From a virus: a stretch of DNA of 23,334 nucleotides. Below the pieces are notes generated by a model that worked only from the letters and a program-made list of their open reading frames with translations, had not been told where the DNA came from and searched no databases. Of the stretch, positions 1 through 8,899 are shown in pieces. The stretch lies in UHGV virus genome UHGV-0335559; one strand, 5' to 3'. The position numbers and the translations under genes were made by a program. How positions within the stretch are numbered: the stretch's first letter is position 1; each line of letters starts with the position of its first letter.

Positions 1-300
1 CCCCGCGATCATGACGAAGTTGCCGCCGCCGATCTTCACGTCGCCGACCTCAACGACGGTGTCCTCCGGATGGAACTTGCGGTTGCAGCACTTGAAGGGC
101 TCGCTCACGCGCTTGACGCTGTCGACGATGCCGAGACTCGCGATCAGGTCCATGTCCACGTTGGTCGTGTCGCCGACGAGACCGAGCACGGTCTGATATT
201 CGCCCTCGGAAATGTGGATGACCAGCCCCTGAGCCTTGAGCCAGTCGATGAGCTGCGTGCGCTTTGCCGCTTCCACGCCATGTTTGAGTACGACGATCAT
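1..300 (-). CDS. Partial CDS (5' end only; continues beyond window start). First 100 residues resemble class I-beta DAHP/KDO8P synthase with an N-terminal ferredoxin-like regulatory domain
   Basis: Manual translation of the reverse complement of 1-300 gives MIVVLKHGVEAAKRTQLIDWLKAQGLVIHISEGEYQTVLGLVGDTTNVDMDLIASLGIVDSVKRVSEPFKCCNRKFHPEDTVVEVGDVKIGGGNFVMIAG. The FHPEDTV..GDVKIG.G.F.IAG block matches my recollection of the Thermotoga-type DAHPS N-terminus. ATG at 298-300 has a GGAGG Shine-Dalgarno 8 nt upstream. Not in the supplied ORF track because it is truncated by the window edge. Confidence 0.5.
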   Translation of the reverse strand, partial: MIVVLKHGVEAAKRTQLIDWLKAQGLVIHISEGEYQTVLGLVGDTTNVDMDLIASLGIVDSVKRVSEPFKCCNRKFHPEDTVVEVGDVKIGGGNFVMIAG

Positions 301-340
301 GATGATTACCTCCGATACAATGTTGCAGATTTCTTGGATA

Positions 341-380
341 TCAAAAAGAAAATGCGGCACAGGCTCAACCTGTGCCGCAT
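341..380 (-). terminator. Rho-independent terminator downstream of the tail fibre assembly gene
   Basis: Perfect 12-bp inverted repeat ATGCGGCACAGG (352-363) / CCTGTGCCGCAT (369-380) with a 5-nt loop. On the minus-strand RNA it is followed by a U-rich run (plus strand 341-351 AAAAAGAAAA). Confidence 0.6.
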
Positions 381-399
381 GAAAGCACCGCGCCGGACG

Positions 400-843
400 T
401 CATCTGGCCTGAACTGCCGGAGGCGTAGGCCATTCAATATCTGGCGCACCGGAAGTATCAACCAGTTCCAGTGCGTCCAGATAATCCAGCCATAAATTAT
501 ATTGTTCCAGCTCGTCACCTTTCAGACGACCAATAGCAGCTTTGCCAGGCCACTGATGGGTATTGATGTAGGTATTGACTTCTGAAACCAAAGATATTTT
601 TTTCATTTCAGCCGTCAACACCTCATCCTCTTTTGAAGGTGGTGGGGAATTAATCCATACTGGCCGTCCTGAACTGTCAGCGCCAATTTCTTTCCCTTCT
701 GGATGCAGACCAAGAAATTGCTCATATGTTTCTCTGGTAATTTCAATAACATCATCAGGAAGCGTTCCCGCATCCTCATATTCTGGAAACAATTCTTGCA
801 GATAAAAACTTTTACTCCCGGGTGAAAAGAATACTGAGTTCAT
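400..843 (-). CDS. G: Tail fibre assembly chaperone (P2 gpG-like)
   Basis: 147-aa ORF directly downstream of the tail fibre gene. C-terminal segment ...YNLWLDYLDALELVDTSGAPDIEWPTPP is typical of tail fibre assembly proteins. Position matches P2 gene order. Confidence 0.75.
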   Translation of the reverse strand: MNSVFFSPGSKSFYLQELFPEYEDAGTLPDDVIEITRETYEQFLGLHPEGKEIGADSSGRPVWINSPPPSKEDEVLTAEMKKISLVSEVNTYINTHQWPGKAAIGRLKGDELEQYNLWLDYLDALELVDTSGAPDIEWPTPPAVQAR

Positions 844-845
844 TC

Positions 846-2126
846 TTACCGTCCAATGATTAACGCTGAGACGCTGGTATCTGAAGGAAAGGCTGCATTC
901 AGTGGTTTGTCGACTTTGAATACAATCGTATTATTCCCCCTGACAGCGGCAAAAGAACAAACCGCCGTCGCGTATGAACCTGTAATATTACTGGATACAC
1001 CACCATAAGCTGTTGTTGAGACCAGAGGGATAACGCCCAGTACCTTATTAGGAAATACAAAGGGCAATGTGGCTGTGGCAATATAAGACTTATTAGAACC
1101 TGTAATGGCATAAGCATTATCAGTCATTCCATTCATCGCCACCGGGCCGCTTATACTTACAGTAACCATCTGAATGATTAGCCCGTCAGGTTGACGAATC
1201 ACAAAATTTCCATTGCCACCAGTAACCGTCCAGAAAGACATATCAGGGATTTGGTTTTCCCCGTTGCCCACATTCCGTTTTGCTGCTTCTCCCAAACCAA
1301 GGTATGCGAGAAGACCAGCTACATCCTTTCCACTCAAATGAGTCAGCGTCTCATCCAGTGGCTGCTTACCTGACAGCGCATTGTTAATGGTGGTGCTGAA
1401 TTTCGGGTCATTGTTAATGGCCGCGGCAATTTCTTTCAGTGTGTCCAGCGTGGCAGGCGCACCATTAATCAGAGCGGTAATAGCAGCCTGAACAAACGCA
1501 GTGGTCGCAATCCGCGTGGTGTTATTTCCTGCGGCAGGCGTCGGCGCTTTTGGTTCTCCGGTAAATGTCGGATTATGTTTCTGTGCATACTGGGTATGAG
1601 GATCCTGTGCGGCAATGTGGTTTCTCATCTGGTCATCCACATACAGCCTTAATTCCAGGACTTCATCATCCACGTATTTACGGGTCGCCAGTACCACCGA
1701 CGGGTCGATTTTCAGCGTGATGGCTTCGGTATTCGAGACAACCAGAATCATGCGGATAGTCTGGGTACGACCACTGCCTTCCTGCAACTGCGGTTTGTAC
1801 GTTTCCGGGCAGTTCGCCACCGCAATGAGTACGCCTTCATCATCATAAAGCCCAATCTCACGGATCCAGAATCCGCCCTCGTTCTCAGGGATGATTTGCT
1901 CCGCAATAATCTGGCTCTGGTTGTTCGGGTCAACACTCAGAAGATTCAGCGGCGCGATGCGTTTCTGGTTAATCAGTTTTGTCTGTGCCGGGTCTGGTGT
2001 CGGCAAGACACCATTCGCATCACCAACGGCCATTTGCGTCAGATTCAGCTTACTGCCGAGCATCGTCGCGTTAGCCAGCCGTGCAGCGCCCTGATTAGTC
2101 AGAATGGCGTAGTATTTCACTGTCAT
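846..2126 (-). CDS. H: Tail fibre protein (P2 gpH-like N-terminal domain, divergent C-terminal region)
   Basis: 426-aa ORF. N-terminus MTVKYYAILTNQGAARLANA...MAVGDANGVLP...GGFWIREIGLYDDEGVLIAVAN matches the conserved gpH N-terminal baseplate-attachment domain as I recall it. Overlaps the upstream I gene by 4 nt. Confidence 0.85.
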   Translation of the reverse strand: MTVKYYAILTNQGAARLANATMLGSKLNLTQMAVGDANGVLPTPDPAQTKLINQKRIAPLNLLSVDPNNQSQIIAEQIIPENEGGFWIREIGLYDDEGVLIAVANCPETYKPQLQEGSGRTQTIRMILVVSNTEAITLKIDPSVVLATRKYVDDEVLELRLYVDDQMRNHIAAQDPHTQYAQKHNPTFTGEPKAPTPAAGNNTTRIATTAFVQAAITALINGAPATLDTLKEIAAAINNDPKFSTTINNALSGKQPLDETLTHLSGKDVAGLLAYLGLGEAAKRNVGNGENQIPDMSFWTVTGGNGNFVIRQPDGLIIQMVTVSISGPVAMNGMTDNAYAITGSNKSYIATATLPFVFPNKVLGVIPLVSTTAYGGVSSNITGSYATAVCSFAAVRGNNTIVFKVDKPLNAAFPSDTSVSALIIGR

Positions 2127-2734
2127 GCGTTTACTCTCAGGTTATCAATTAAATGAATGGCCGAGGCCGGGAAATAATCCCCTCCGACAATAATGGCCTC
2201 CGGGGTGTAGGGATAAACCGTCAGGGCGTCGCCGTGATAGCATCCCGCACCGGCAAAAATGTTGCCGGTTGTACTTAAACTGATAGCCAGTCCCGTCAGA
2301 TGGCGGCTTGCCGGTTTTGCATCAGCAACGAGGCGCTCCAGCTCCTGATACATTTCCTCGGTAATACCCTGCTCAAGCACGCCAACAACGATACGGAACG
2401 TCCCCGGCTCCTCGTTGAGTTGCCACCACTCCCTCACCTCAATCAGATAGCCGAGCGGCTCCACCACACGGCGAATCGCACCAATAGTGCCCTTATGGCA
2501 GTGAATGAAATACGCATCGCGGATAACAGCGCGTTTTGTCGCTTCCGGCCACTTATCATCCCAGCGGTCAACCGAAAATGACCACGCCAGCCACGGCAGC
2601 AGATTTGCCGGACAGGTATCCGGGTTCCACAGCTCACGAATACTGACCGGCGTTTTTTCAATTTCCGCACAGGCTTTTGCGGCGGCGACCTCAAGCGGTG
2701 ATGAGCCGGTCGGCAGCAGTCGCGAATCACTCAT
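2123..2734 (-). CDS. I: Baseplate/tail protein gpI
   Basis: 203-aa ORF between J and H in P2 order. Overlaps J by 8 nt (translational coupling). Confidence 0.85.
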   Translation of the reverse strand: MSDSRLLPTGSSPLEVAAAKACAEIEKTPVSIRELWNPDTCPANLLPWLAWSFSVDRWDDKWPEATKRAVIRDAYFIHCHKGTIGAIRRVVEPLGYLIEVREWWQLNEEPGTFRIVVGVLEQGITEEMYQELERLVADAKPASRHLTGLAISLSTTGNIFAGAGCYHGDALTVYPYTPEAIIVGGDYFPASAIHLIDNLRVNA

Positions 2735-3635
2735 CCGAGCCTCCGGTCACGACACGGTATTCAGTACAGAAAGACGCCTGCGTACTGTTGAGCACGATGT
2801 CGGCCAGTGGTGCAGCCAGTTCGACACGCTGCACACCTTCCACATGCAAAGCGGCATAAATGGCAGACAGACGGATGTCACGCCCCAGCCGGTGCTGTGC
2901 CGTGATATACGCTTCCAGTTTTTTCACGGCGGCAGCGCGGATGGGTTCGCTTTCGGGACCAGGGTAAAGGTAAAGCGTGGCGTTTATCTGGTATTCAACA
3001 ATGGCGGCAGACTGCACAGTCACGCGGTCGGCCACCGGCCTGACGTCCTCGCCATTAAGGGCGTTACGCACCGCCGCCAGCAGGTCTTCGGATGCCACAC
3101 CGTTATTTTCACGTGACAGCACGGAGATGGTGACGCAGGCCGGAGACGGACTGGTGACAGAGATATCCGCGACACGCCCGTCGGCACTGCGACCATGATA
3201 CTGATAGGCTCCCACCGACCCGGCGACGCTTAAGCCTTCAAACGCCTGCTGAATACGCAGACGATAATCCGTGTCAGATTCCATCACTGCCGGTGTCGGC
3301 GGGATGGTCGAATCATCTGCCGGGGTGATAATCAGGCGCGTGGTGTTGTAATTGGCACCAATCACATCAAGGTCATTACCGGCGGCACAAGCCAGCATCA
3401 CCGCCCGTGCGGCCTCATTCACACGCTGACGCCAGATAAGCTCACGATAAGCATTTTCCTCCAGCAGTTTGACGAGAGGCTCCGATTCCAGCGTCAGGGT
3501 ACGGGCGACCGCCTCCTGCTGGTCTTCCGGGTAAAGGGAAATCAGTGTCGCCTTGCGTTCGGCAAGAATGGTTTCAAAGTCCAGCTCCTCGACCACATCC
3601 GGTGCGGGTAGCTGGTTCAGGTCGATAATCGGCAT
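2727..3635 (-). CDS. J: Baseplate assembly protein gpJ
   Basis: 302-aa ORF, same length as P2 gpJ as I recall it; position between W and I. Confidence 0.9.
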   Translation of the reverse strand: MPIIDLNQLPAPDVVEELDFETILAERKATLISLYPEDQQEAVARTLTLESEPLVKLLEENAYRELIWRQRVNEAARAVMLACAAGNDLDVIGANYNTTRLIITPADDSTIPPTPAVMESDTDYRLRIQQAFEGLSVAGSVGAYQYHGRSADGRVADISVTSPSPACVTISVLSRENNGVASEDLLAAVRNALNGEDVRPVADRVTVQSAAIVEYQINATLYLYPGPESEPIRAAAVKKLEAYITAQHRLGRDIRLSAIYAALHVEGVQRVELAAPLADIVLNSTQASFCTEYRVVTGGSDE

Positions 3636-3639
3636 GGTT

Positions 3640-3987
3640 TCAACTCATAGGGATGGTTAACGAAAGTGGCTGGCCGGTGTCGTTGTGCTGACCGGTTAAC
3701 GTGACCGTCATTCGCCCGTCAAAACTGCGCGCCGTGGTGACGGATGACAGGGTGACGCGGGGTTCCCATTTCAGCACGGCCATGTAACAGGCGACCTTAA
3801 TCTGCAACTCAAGCGCCGGGGTCTGCGGCTGGTCAATCATTGACGCCAGCAACGAGCCGTAATCACGACGCATCACCCGTGAGCCGACCGGTGTGCGCAG
3901 GATATCGCCGATACTCTGGCTGATATGCTCAAGGTCAGTGACAGTCAGGCCATCACTGCGATTCATTCCGAGATAACGCGCTGTCAT
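3640..3987 (-). CDS. W: Baseplate protein gpW (GPW/gp25 family)
   Basis: 115-aa ORF, length and position match P2 gpW. Confidence 0.9.
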   Translation of the reverse strand: MTARYLGMNRSDGLTVTDLEHISQSIGDILRTPVGSRVMRRDYGSLLASMIDQPQTPALELQIKVACYMAVLKWEPRVTLSSVTTARSFDGRMTVTLTGQHNDTGQPLSLTIPMS

Positions 3988-4619
3988 AGAGGACTCCCGG
4001 TTGTGCCGCCGCTGTCGCCGGGGTGTTTATGGGTATGCAGTACCTTACCGTTTGATGAGAGTTCACCGCCGGTGTGTTCAATGTTGCCGCGCATCGTCCC
4101 GCCCTTCTGCACTTCCAGCGTGCCGGTAATCAGCCTGTTGGTGCAGACCACCTCCGGTGTGTCCAGGGTGATGCGGGTTGATGCTTTCACCATGACCATC
4201 GGCACCGTGGCAGTAACAGAATCAGAAGCCGTCACGCTGGCCGTTTTAATTCCGCTTACCGTGAGTGCACTGGTTTCGGGTTCATACTCAATCACCGCCC
4301 CGTCAGGGAAACGGATATGCAGGGCATCCGCCGACGCAGACGGCGCGTGGTTATCGCCGGAATAAATCCCCGGCAGAACGAATGCCGTGTCGAGTTCACC
4401 GCCCACGGCCAGAATCAGCACCTGTTCCCCCACGGAAGGTGCCCACCATGTGCGCGAACGACCGGCGCGATGGGTCAGCCACTGAAGCCAGTCGGTGCAC
4501 ATGCCGCCGGTCTGCACACGGCAGCGACCGGCGTTAAGGTCGGTTTCGACGATAATGCCGGTGCGGATCATGTTACGCAGTGCGCGCGCGAGTTCCTGAA
4601 TATTTGCGAGAGTGTTCAT
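3984..4619 (-). CDS. V: Baseplate spike/assembly protein gpV
   Basis: 211-aa ORF, length and position match P2 gpV; overlaps W by 4 nt. Confidence 0.9.
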   Translation of the reverse strand: MNTLANIQELARALRNMIRTGIIVETDLNAGRCRVQTGGMCTDWLQWLTHRAGRSRTWWAPSVGEQVLILAVGGELDTAFVLPGIYSGDNHAPSASADALHIRFPDGAVIEYEPETSALTVSGIKTASVTASDSVTATVPMVMVKASTRITLDTPEVVCTNRLITGTLEVQKGGTMRGNIEHTGGELSSNGKVLHTHKHPGDSGGTTGSPL

Positions 4620-4685
4620 AACGGGAAGGATGCCGCCGGGTCATACCGGCGGCAATGTGACGATGAGGTGTCAGGAATGGCACAA

Positions 4686-5138
4686 CTAACGGTCGAGGTG
4701 AGCCAGAATAATCTCTTCAATCATCTGCACATCCTCACCGGTAAAGCCGAGCAGAGGACGCGCCGGATAATCAATTTTCTTACCGTCTTTCCGGTTTTCT
4801 TCCGACAGACCGAACTGATGCACGCTGGCGATTTTCGGTGACTTCCCGCCGTAAAACTCCATTGATGCCTGTTCCGGGCTGGCGCGGATATGCAAAAAAC
4901 GACTGGTGATAAGTTTCGCAAACATTTTTCGCTTAACACGACCAGTCTTTTTTCTGGCGCTCTGCTGCTGGCGTGGCGCGTAGGGTGTACCGTCCGGGGC
5001 TTTCTGAGCCATCACCCGACGCTGCTGACTCTGCCGCAGACGTTTCGCCAGTTCGGCACTCAGTCGCCGACGCCCTGACGGTGACAGCGACTCAATCAGT
5101 CCGGTCAGCCGGTCTTCAAAACGCTTAAACTCATTCAT
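4686..5138 (-). CDS. S: Tail completion / virion morphogenesis protein gpS
   Basis: 150-aa ORF downstream of R; length and order match P2. Confidence 0.85.
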   Translation of the reverse strand: MNEFKRFEDRLTGLIESLSPSGRRRLSAELAKRLRQSQQRRVMAQKAPDGTPYAPRQQQSARKKTGRVKRKMFAKLITSRFLHIRASPEQASMEFYGGKSPKIASVHQFGLSEENRKDGKKIDYPARPLLGFTGEDVQMIEEIILAHLDR

Positions 5139-5598
5139 CCCACTTGCTCACCAGTTCGCCATTGATATAAAGCTTCATCGGGCGGGTGACCGGCTCCGGC
5201 GGCGTGGGTTCCGGGATATTCTTCACATGCAGCGCGCCGTCCACCTCACTGACCAGCGTGCGTTCGGTCAGCATCAGGCTGATGCTGATATCAAAGCTGC
5301 TGTCATTGTTGATGTCTGCATAAAACGTGAAGCCCTTTTTCTGGCCTTCGTCGGTGGTCATGATGTCGGGCTGATTTTCCCGCAGCCACGCCAGCACCGG
5401 CACGATGAGCAGGTCAAAATCACCGGTAAAGTCGGTCACAATCACATTGAGCGTGTAACGCTTTTCGAATGACAGCGACGTCGCCAGTGTGGAGGCAATA
5501 CTCCCGTTATCCACGAATATCCGCAGCATCTCTGGACTGGTTTTCAGCACCGTGACGGCATCAGTCAGCGCCCTGCGCAGGCTGTCGGGTTTGAGCAT
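5131..5598 (-). CDS. R: Tail completion protein gpR
   Basis: 155-aa ORF; length and order match P2 gpR; overlaps S by 8 nt. Confidence 0.85.
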   Translation of the reverse strand: MLKPDSLRRALTDAVTVLKTSPEMLRIFVDNGSIASTLATSLSFEKRYTLNVIVTDFTGDFDLLIVPVLAWLRENQPDIMTTDEGQKKGFTFYADINNDSSFDISISLMLTERTLVSEVDGALHVKNIPEPTPPEPVTRPMKLYINGELVSKWDE

Positions 5599-5851
5599 CG
5601 TTTTCGTCCTGACAGTGTTTAATCATTTTTACCTGGCTGGCACAGCGTGCCAGCGCGTTCTCAAGCTGCCGGATATCGGCACTTAAATCGCCGTTCGTCT
5701 CCGGGTCACTGCCCGGCATCGGGCAAAGACTCACTTTCGGGCAGGCGTTGGCGACAATCACTGGCGTCAGTGCAGGCCGGACGCTGGTGCAACCGGCGCA
5801 CAGCATCAGGCAGGTCAGCGCCGTACCAGCGGCGAAAATCTTCGTTTTCAT
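5561..5851 (-). CDS. lysC: Outer-membrane spanin lipoprotein (LysC/Rz1-like), embedded out of frame in lysB and running into R
   Basis: Internal Met of the 109-aa ORF gives MKTKIFAAGTALTCLMLCAGC..., a signal peptide with lipobox cysteine, followed by a Pro-rich mature part. 96 aa, as I recall for P2 LysC. Start chosen at the internal Met, not the ORF-track start. Confidence 0.7.
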   Translation of the reverse strand: MKTKIFAAGTALTCLMLCAGCTSVRPALTPVIVANACPKVSLCPMPGSDPETNGDLSADIRQLENALARCASQVKMIKHCQDENDAQTRQPAQGAD

Positions 5852-6131
5852 TAAGTAACCTCGTGATGGTTTTCTCGCGCTGTGCTTCACGCTTCGCGGC
5901 GTTCTCCAGTTCCTGACGCAGTGCTACCTGCGCCAGCTCGTTTTTGTCTGCCCTGGTGAGGGCAACATGAAGCTGATTTTTCAGCATGGTGATGGTCGTC
6001 TGCTGCCCGTTGGCGACGTTGCTCGCCCTGTCCAGTGAGGTGCGCAGGCTGGCGTTTTCATGCTTCGCCAGAAACAGACCGGCCACCGCCAGTGATAACA
6101 ACACAACCAGCACAATCATCAGCTTTGACAT
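5706..6131 (-). CDS. lysB: Inner-membrane spanin (LysB/Rz-like)
   Basis: 141-aa ORF with N-terminal TM segment (MSKLMIVLVVLLSLAVAGLFLA) and a coiled-coil-like, charged remainder. Position after lysA. Confidence 0.8.
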   Translation of the reverse strand: MSKLMIVLVVLLSLAVAGLFLAKHENASLRTSLDRASNVANGQQTTITMLKNQLHVALTRADKNELAQVALRQELENAAKREAQREKTITRLLNENEDFRRWYGADLPDAVRRLHQRPACTDASDCRQRLPESESLPDAGQ

Positions 6132-6544
6132 GGTTCCCGCCCCTCAAAACGCTGACGACAGGCCGTGCGTATCAGCCGGAAGAACACCGACGCCACGAGG
6201 TAAATCAGCGCGGTAAAAATCCACCCGGCAGCGACCAGCGAGATAAACGTCGCCACCATCACCACCAGAGCCGCCGCCCGTCTGCGCCACGGCACCGGCT
6301 GCAAAAACAGCGACGCGACAATCTTCACGGCCAGCGATTCCGGCGGCAGCTCCCGCCCGTAGCGTTCCAGCACATACTCAGTGGCATACACGCCGACACC
6401 ACCGGCAACCACACAGATAACCGTCGCCAGAATCGCCCAGGCGGCGACAAAATTGACGGCCACGCTCTGCGGGTAAATCAGGGACAGTGCCAGCATCAGC
6501 GCCAGCGACACGTTCAGCATCAGTGAAAGGGATAATTTCTTCAT
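6119..6544 (-). CDS. lysA: LysA membrane protein (lysis timing/holin-associated)
   Basis: 141-aa ORF with several hydrophobic segments; sits between K and lysB as in P2. Confidence 0.75.
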   Translation of the reverse strand: MKKLSLSLMLNVSLALMLALSLIYPQSVAVNFVAAWAILATVICVVAGGVGVYATEYVLERYGRELPPESLAVKIVASLFLQPVPWRRRAAALVVMVATFISLVAAGWIFTALIYLVASVFFRLIRTACRQRFEGREPCQS

Positions 6545-6558
6545 GGTGTTTACTCCGT

Positions 6559-7056
6559 TTAAGCCGGTACGCCGCCAGCGGTACGCCAGACGGTGACCAG
6601 TTTTTCCAGTGAATGCTCACGCTGACCGTAACCGGCACCCGGCAGGGACGCCCAGATATTGCGACAGCGTGAAATGGCGCGCTCAATGCGTCCCGCCCGG
6701 ATGTCATCCAGTGCACCGCGTTCGCGGATCAACTGAATGGCGAGTCTGTCCTGTGACAACGGGCTGAAATCAGGCAGGGCAAGCTGTTTACGGTAGTGCG
6801 GCCAGAACAGGTAAAGCTGCTGATAGCGACCGGAGGCCGTGGATTTTTCACCGCGACGGTTAAACACCTTCGCCGGTCGGCCATGTGCGAACGGGTGGTC
6901 ACTGTAGTCGGTGAAAATTTCCGGCTTTCCGTCCAGTCCGGTGACTATCACGTCATAGCCCCGGTTTTTCGTCAGCGGATGATTCGCCGTCCCTTCGGAC
7001 ACGGCCAGCATGTCGAGAAAGGCGGCGATATTCTGATGCGTGTTAATTACCGGCAT
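6559..7056 (-). CDS. K: Endolysin (lysozyme-like, P2 gpK)
   Basis: 165-aa ORF MPVINTHQNIAAFLDMLAVSEGT...; phage lysozyme-like N-terminus. Its start overlaps the stop of the holin gene. Confidence 0.9.
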   Translation of the reverse strand: MPVINTHQNIAAFLDMLAVSEGTANHPLTKNRGYDVIVTGLDGKPEIFTDYSDHPFAHGRPAKVFNRRGEKSTASGRYQQLYLFWPHYRKQLALPDFSPLSQDRLAIQLIRERGALDDIRAGRIERAISRCRNIWASLPGAGYGQREHSLEKLVTVWRTAGGVPA

Positions 7057-7337
7057 TACGGTTTCCCCCTGCCCTTAAAACGGCGCTGAATGGCAATCTC
7101 AATCACCTGATAGCCGGCGATACCCAGCATGGAGCCGATGCCGCACACCGCAGGCAGTGACAGGTCAGGAAACTGCACCAGAACAACACCGGCAACCATC
7201 GAGACAAAACCACCGAGCAACATGCGCCCGATAAACAGACGCGGGGTGATGGGTTCACCACCGGCAAGCACCTTGCCGACAACAATCAGCACCCCAATCA
7301 TGAAAAGCGACAGGACGCTTTTTTCTTCTGCTGTCAT
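7056..7337 (-). CDS. Y: Holin (P2 gpY)
   Basis: 93-aa ORF with hydrophobic TM segments and a charged C-terminus; immediately upstream of the endolysin gene. Confidence 0.85.
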   Translation of the reverse strand: MTAEEKSVLSLFMIGVLIVVGKVLAGGEPITPRLFIGRMLLGGFVSMVAGVVLVQFPDLSLPAVCGIGSMLGIAGYQVIEIAIQRRFKGRGKP

Positions 7338-7340
7338 GCG

Positions 7341-7544
7341 TTACTCCCACAGATTGACAGTTTCAGCCACGGGCGCGGTCTGAACGTCGGGCAGTTCGAC
7401 GGCGGTGCCGTGCGGCAGCACCGCACCCAGTTCAGCCAGTCCCGGATTTGCGGCGAGCACGGCCTCGACCACGCCCTCAGTGCGCCCGTAATACCGGACA
7501 CAGATGGCGTCGAGCGTGTCGCCCTGTAGCGCAAAGGTCTTCAT
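7341..7544 (-). CDS. X: Tail protein gpX (LysM-like)
   Basis: Internal start MKTFALQGDTLDAICVRYYGRTEGVV... gives 67 aa. The ATG overlaps the L stop by 1 nt (ATGA). The longer ORF-track start at 7613 was not used. Confidence 0.85.
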   Translation of the reverse strand: MKTFALQGDTLDAICVRYYGRTEGVVEAVLAANPGLAELGAVLPHGTAVELPDVQTAPVAETVNLWE

Positions 7545-8053
7545 CAGATTTGACTCACAATGCAGCGCGGCTTGTCCTGGATTCGCGCCACTGCCCAGCG
7601 CATATCCCGCCACAGCTCATCAATGGTGCTGTCAATGCTGTCGGCCTTCTTGTCGCCTTTCGCACTGGCATCCACGCCGCGATAACGCTCATAAAGCGAT
7701 GCGGTCGCCATCGCACACACGGCGCGCTCGTAGTAAAAAACTTTGATGCTTTCACCGTCGATGTCGTCCGCCGGGACGTCCGCCAGACGCGTAAAACCGG
7801 CGGCAATTTTCTGTTCGCGGTACTCGTACAGCTCCGCATTCGTCTCCGCCATGCCTGACTTGATGGCCTCACGCAGACGGGCGGGGGCGACGGTCTGCTC
7901 AAGGCGCATACGTTCCCGGACGCGCTTCGGGTCGATATCGGGAAAAAAGAACGTGTTTTTAATCACCGGCTCGTCGCCTGCCGGTTGCGGGATGACCACC
8001 GTACCCTCACCGGACACGGGAGCCTCCTTTCGCGGAATAATCAGCGTCATCAT
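7544..8053 (-). CDS. L: Head completion protein gpL
   Basis: Internal start MMTLIIPRKEAPVSGEGT... gives 169 aa, matching P2 gpL as I recall it. The longer ORF-track start at 8113 was not used. Confidence 0.85.
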   Translation of the reverse strand: MMTLIIPRKEAPVSGEGTVVIPQPAGDEPVIKNTFFFPDIDPKRVRERMRLEQTVAPARLREAIKSGMAETNAELYEYREQKIAAGFTRLADVPADDIDGESIKVFYYERAVCAMATASLYERYRGVDASAKGDKKADSIDSTIDELWRDMRWAVARIQDKPRCIVSQI

Positions 8054-8152
8054 GACTACCTCTGAAAAGTCGGGCGGTGGACGCCGGTGCAGTGTCAGGT
8101 GATTCACCGTCACTGACCGGCGTGCCGCCCTGGCGCGGGGCGCATTCGGTTG

Positions 8153-8896
8153 TTAACTGGCTTTCTTTTTCGGGCGTCCACGTTTTGCCGGTGTCACGCT
8201 CCGGGTCTTACGCGGGGCGCGGGGGGACGCTTTGGGCTGCGGCTCCGGCTTCGGTTTCATCTCCCGCTCCAGTCGTTCAATCTCTTTTTTGACGCCTGCC
8301 TGACAGTCGAGCTGTGTCGCACGTTGCAGGTGCGCCAGCGCACCGGCGGCATCACCACCGTCACGCAGAAACAGACCGGTGATTTTGTGCAGCTTTGCGC
8401 GCACTTCATCAGGCATGTCAGCCGTGGCAGTCAGTTCAAGGGTGTCCGTCAGCAGGCGGGTATCCACAGACTCACCGGCAGCGTGGGCGCGCATGGCCGC
8501 AAGTGCCACCTCCTCGGTGAACATGTACGGCGGGGTACGGCGGTGTTTACCCGGCATGGTCAGACCGTATTTCAGGGCATAACGGGCAATCTCCAGCGCA
8601 CCGGCAATATCGCCGGTATCCAGACGCCACAGCATGACCGTCATCAGAATGTCATCCTGTGCACCTTTGCCCTGCTCCAGCACGCCGTTCACCCACGGCA
8701 ACCAGAACGGCAGCAGTTCGCGTTTTTTCGCGGCTTTCAGCTCTTTTGAATAAATCGCTTTCAGTGTGCGCTGGTCTGCGGCCAGCTTGACCAGCATCTG
8801 CTCATAGACAGTTGCATGTCGCAGCGGGGCGGCTTCCCGCTGCGCGGTCATCGCTGCCGAGACCCGCATCATGTGGCGCTGTGCGGGACTCGTCAT
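8153..8896 (-). CDS. M: Terminase endonuclease (small) subunit gpM
   Basis: 247-aa ORF; sequence (MTSPAQRHMMRVSAAMTAQREA...) is very close to P2 gpM as I recall it, with a basic C-terminal tail. Confidence 0.9.
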   Translation of the reverse strand: MTSPAQRHMMRVSAAMTAQREAAPLRHATVYEQMLVKLAADQRTLKAIYSKELKAAKKRELLPFWLPWVNGVLEQGKGAQDDILMTVMLWRLDTGDIAGALEIARYALKYGLTMPGKHRRTPPYMFTEEVALAAMRAHAAGESVDTRLLTDTLELTATADMPDEVRAKLHKITGLFLRDGGDAAGALAHLQRATQLDCQAGVKKEIERLEREMKPKPEPQPKASPRAPRKTRSVTPAKRGRPKKKAS

Positions 8897-8899
8897 CGG

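Noticed and set aside
4620-4685. Late promoter with TGT-N12-ACA activator site upstream of V
   Set aside because: Only an imperfect TGA-N12-ACA on the minus strand was found, and it is too close to the V start codon for the usual position of the activator site; not called.
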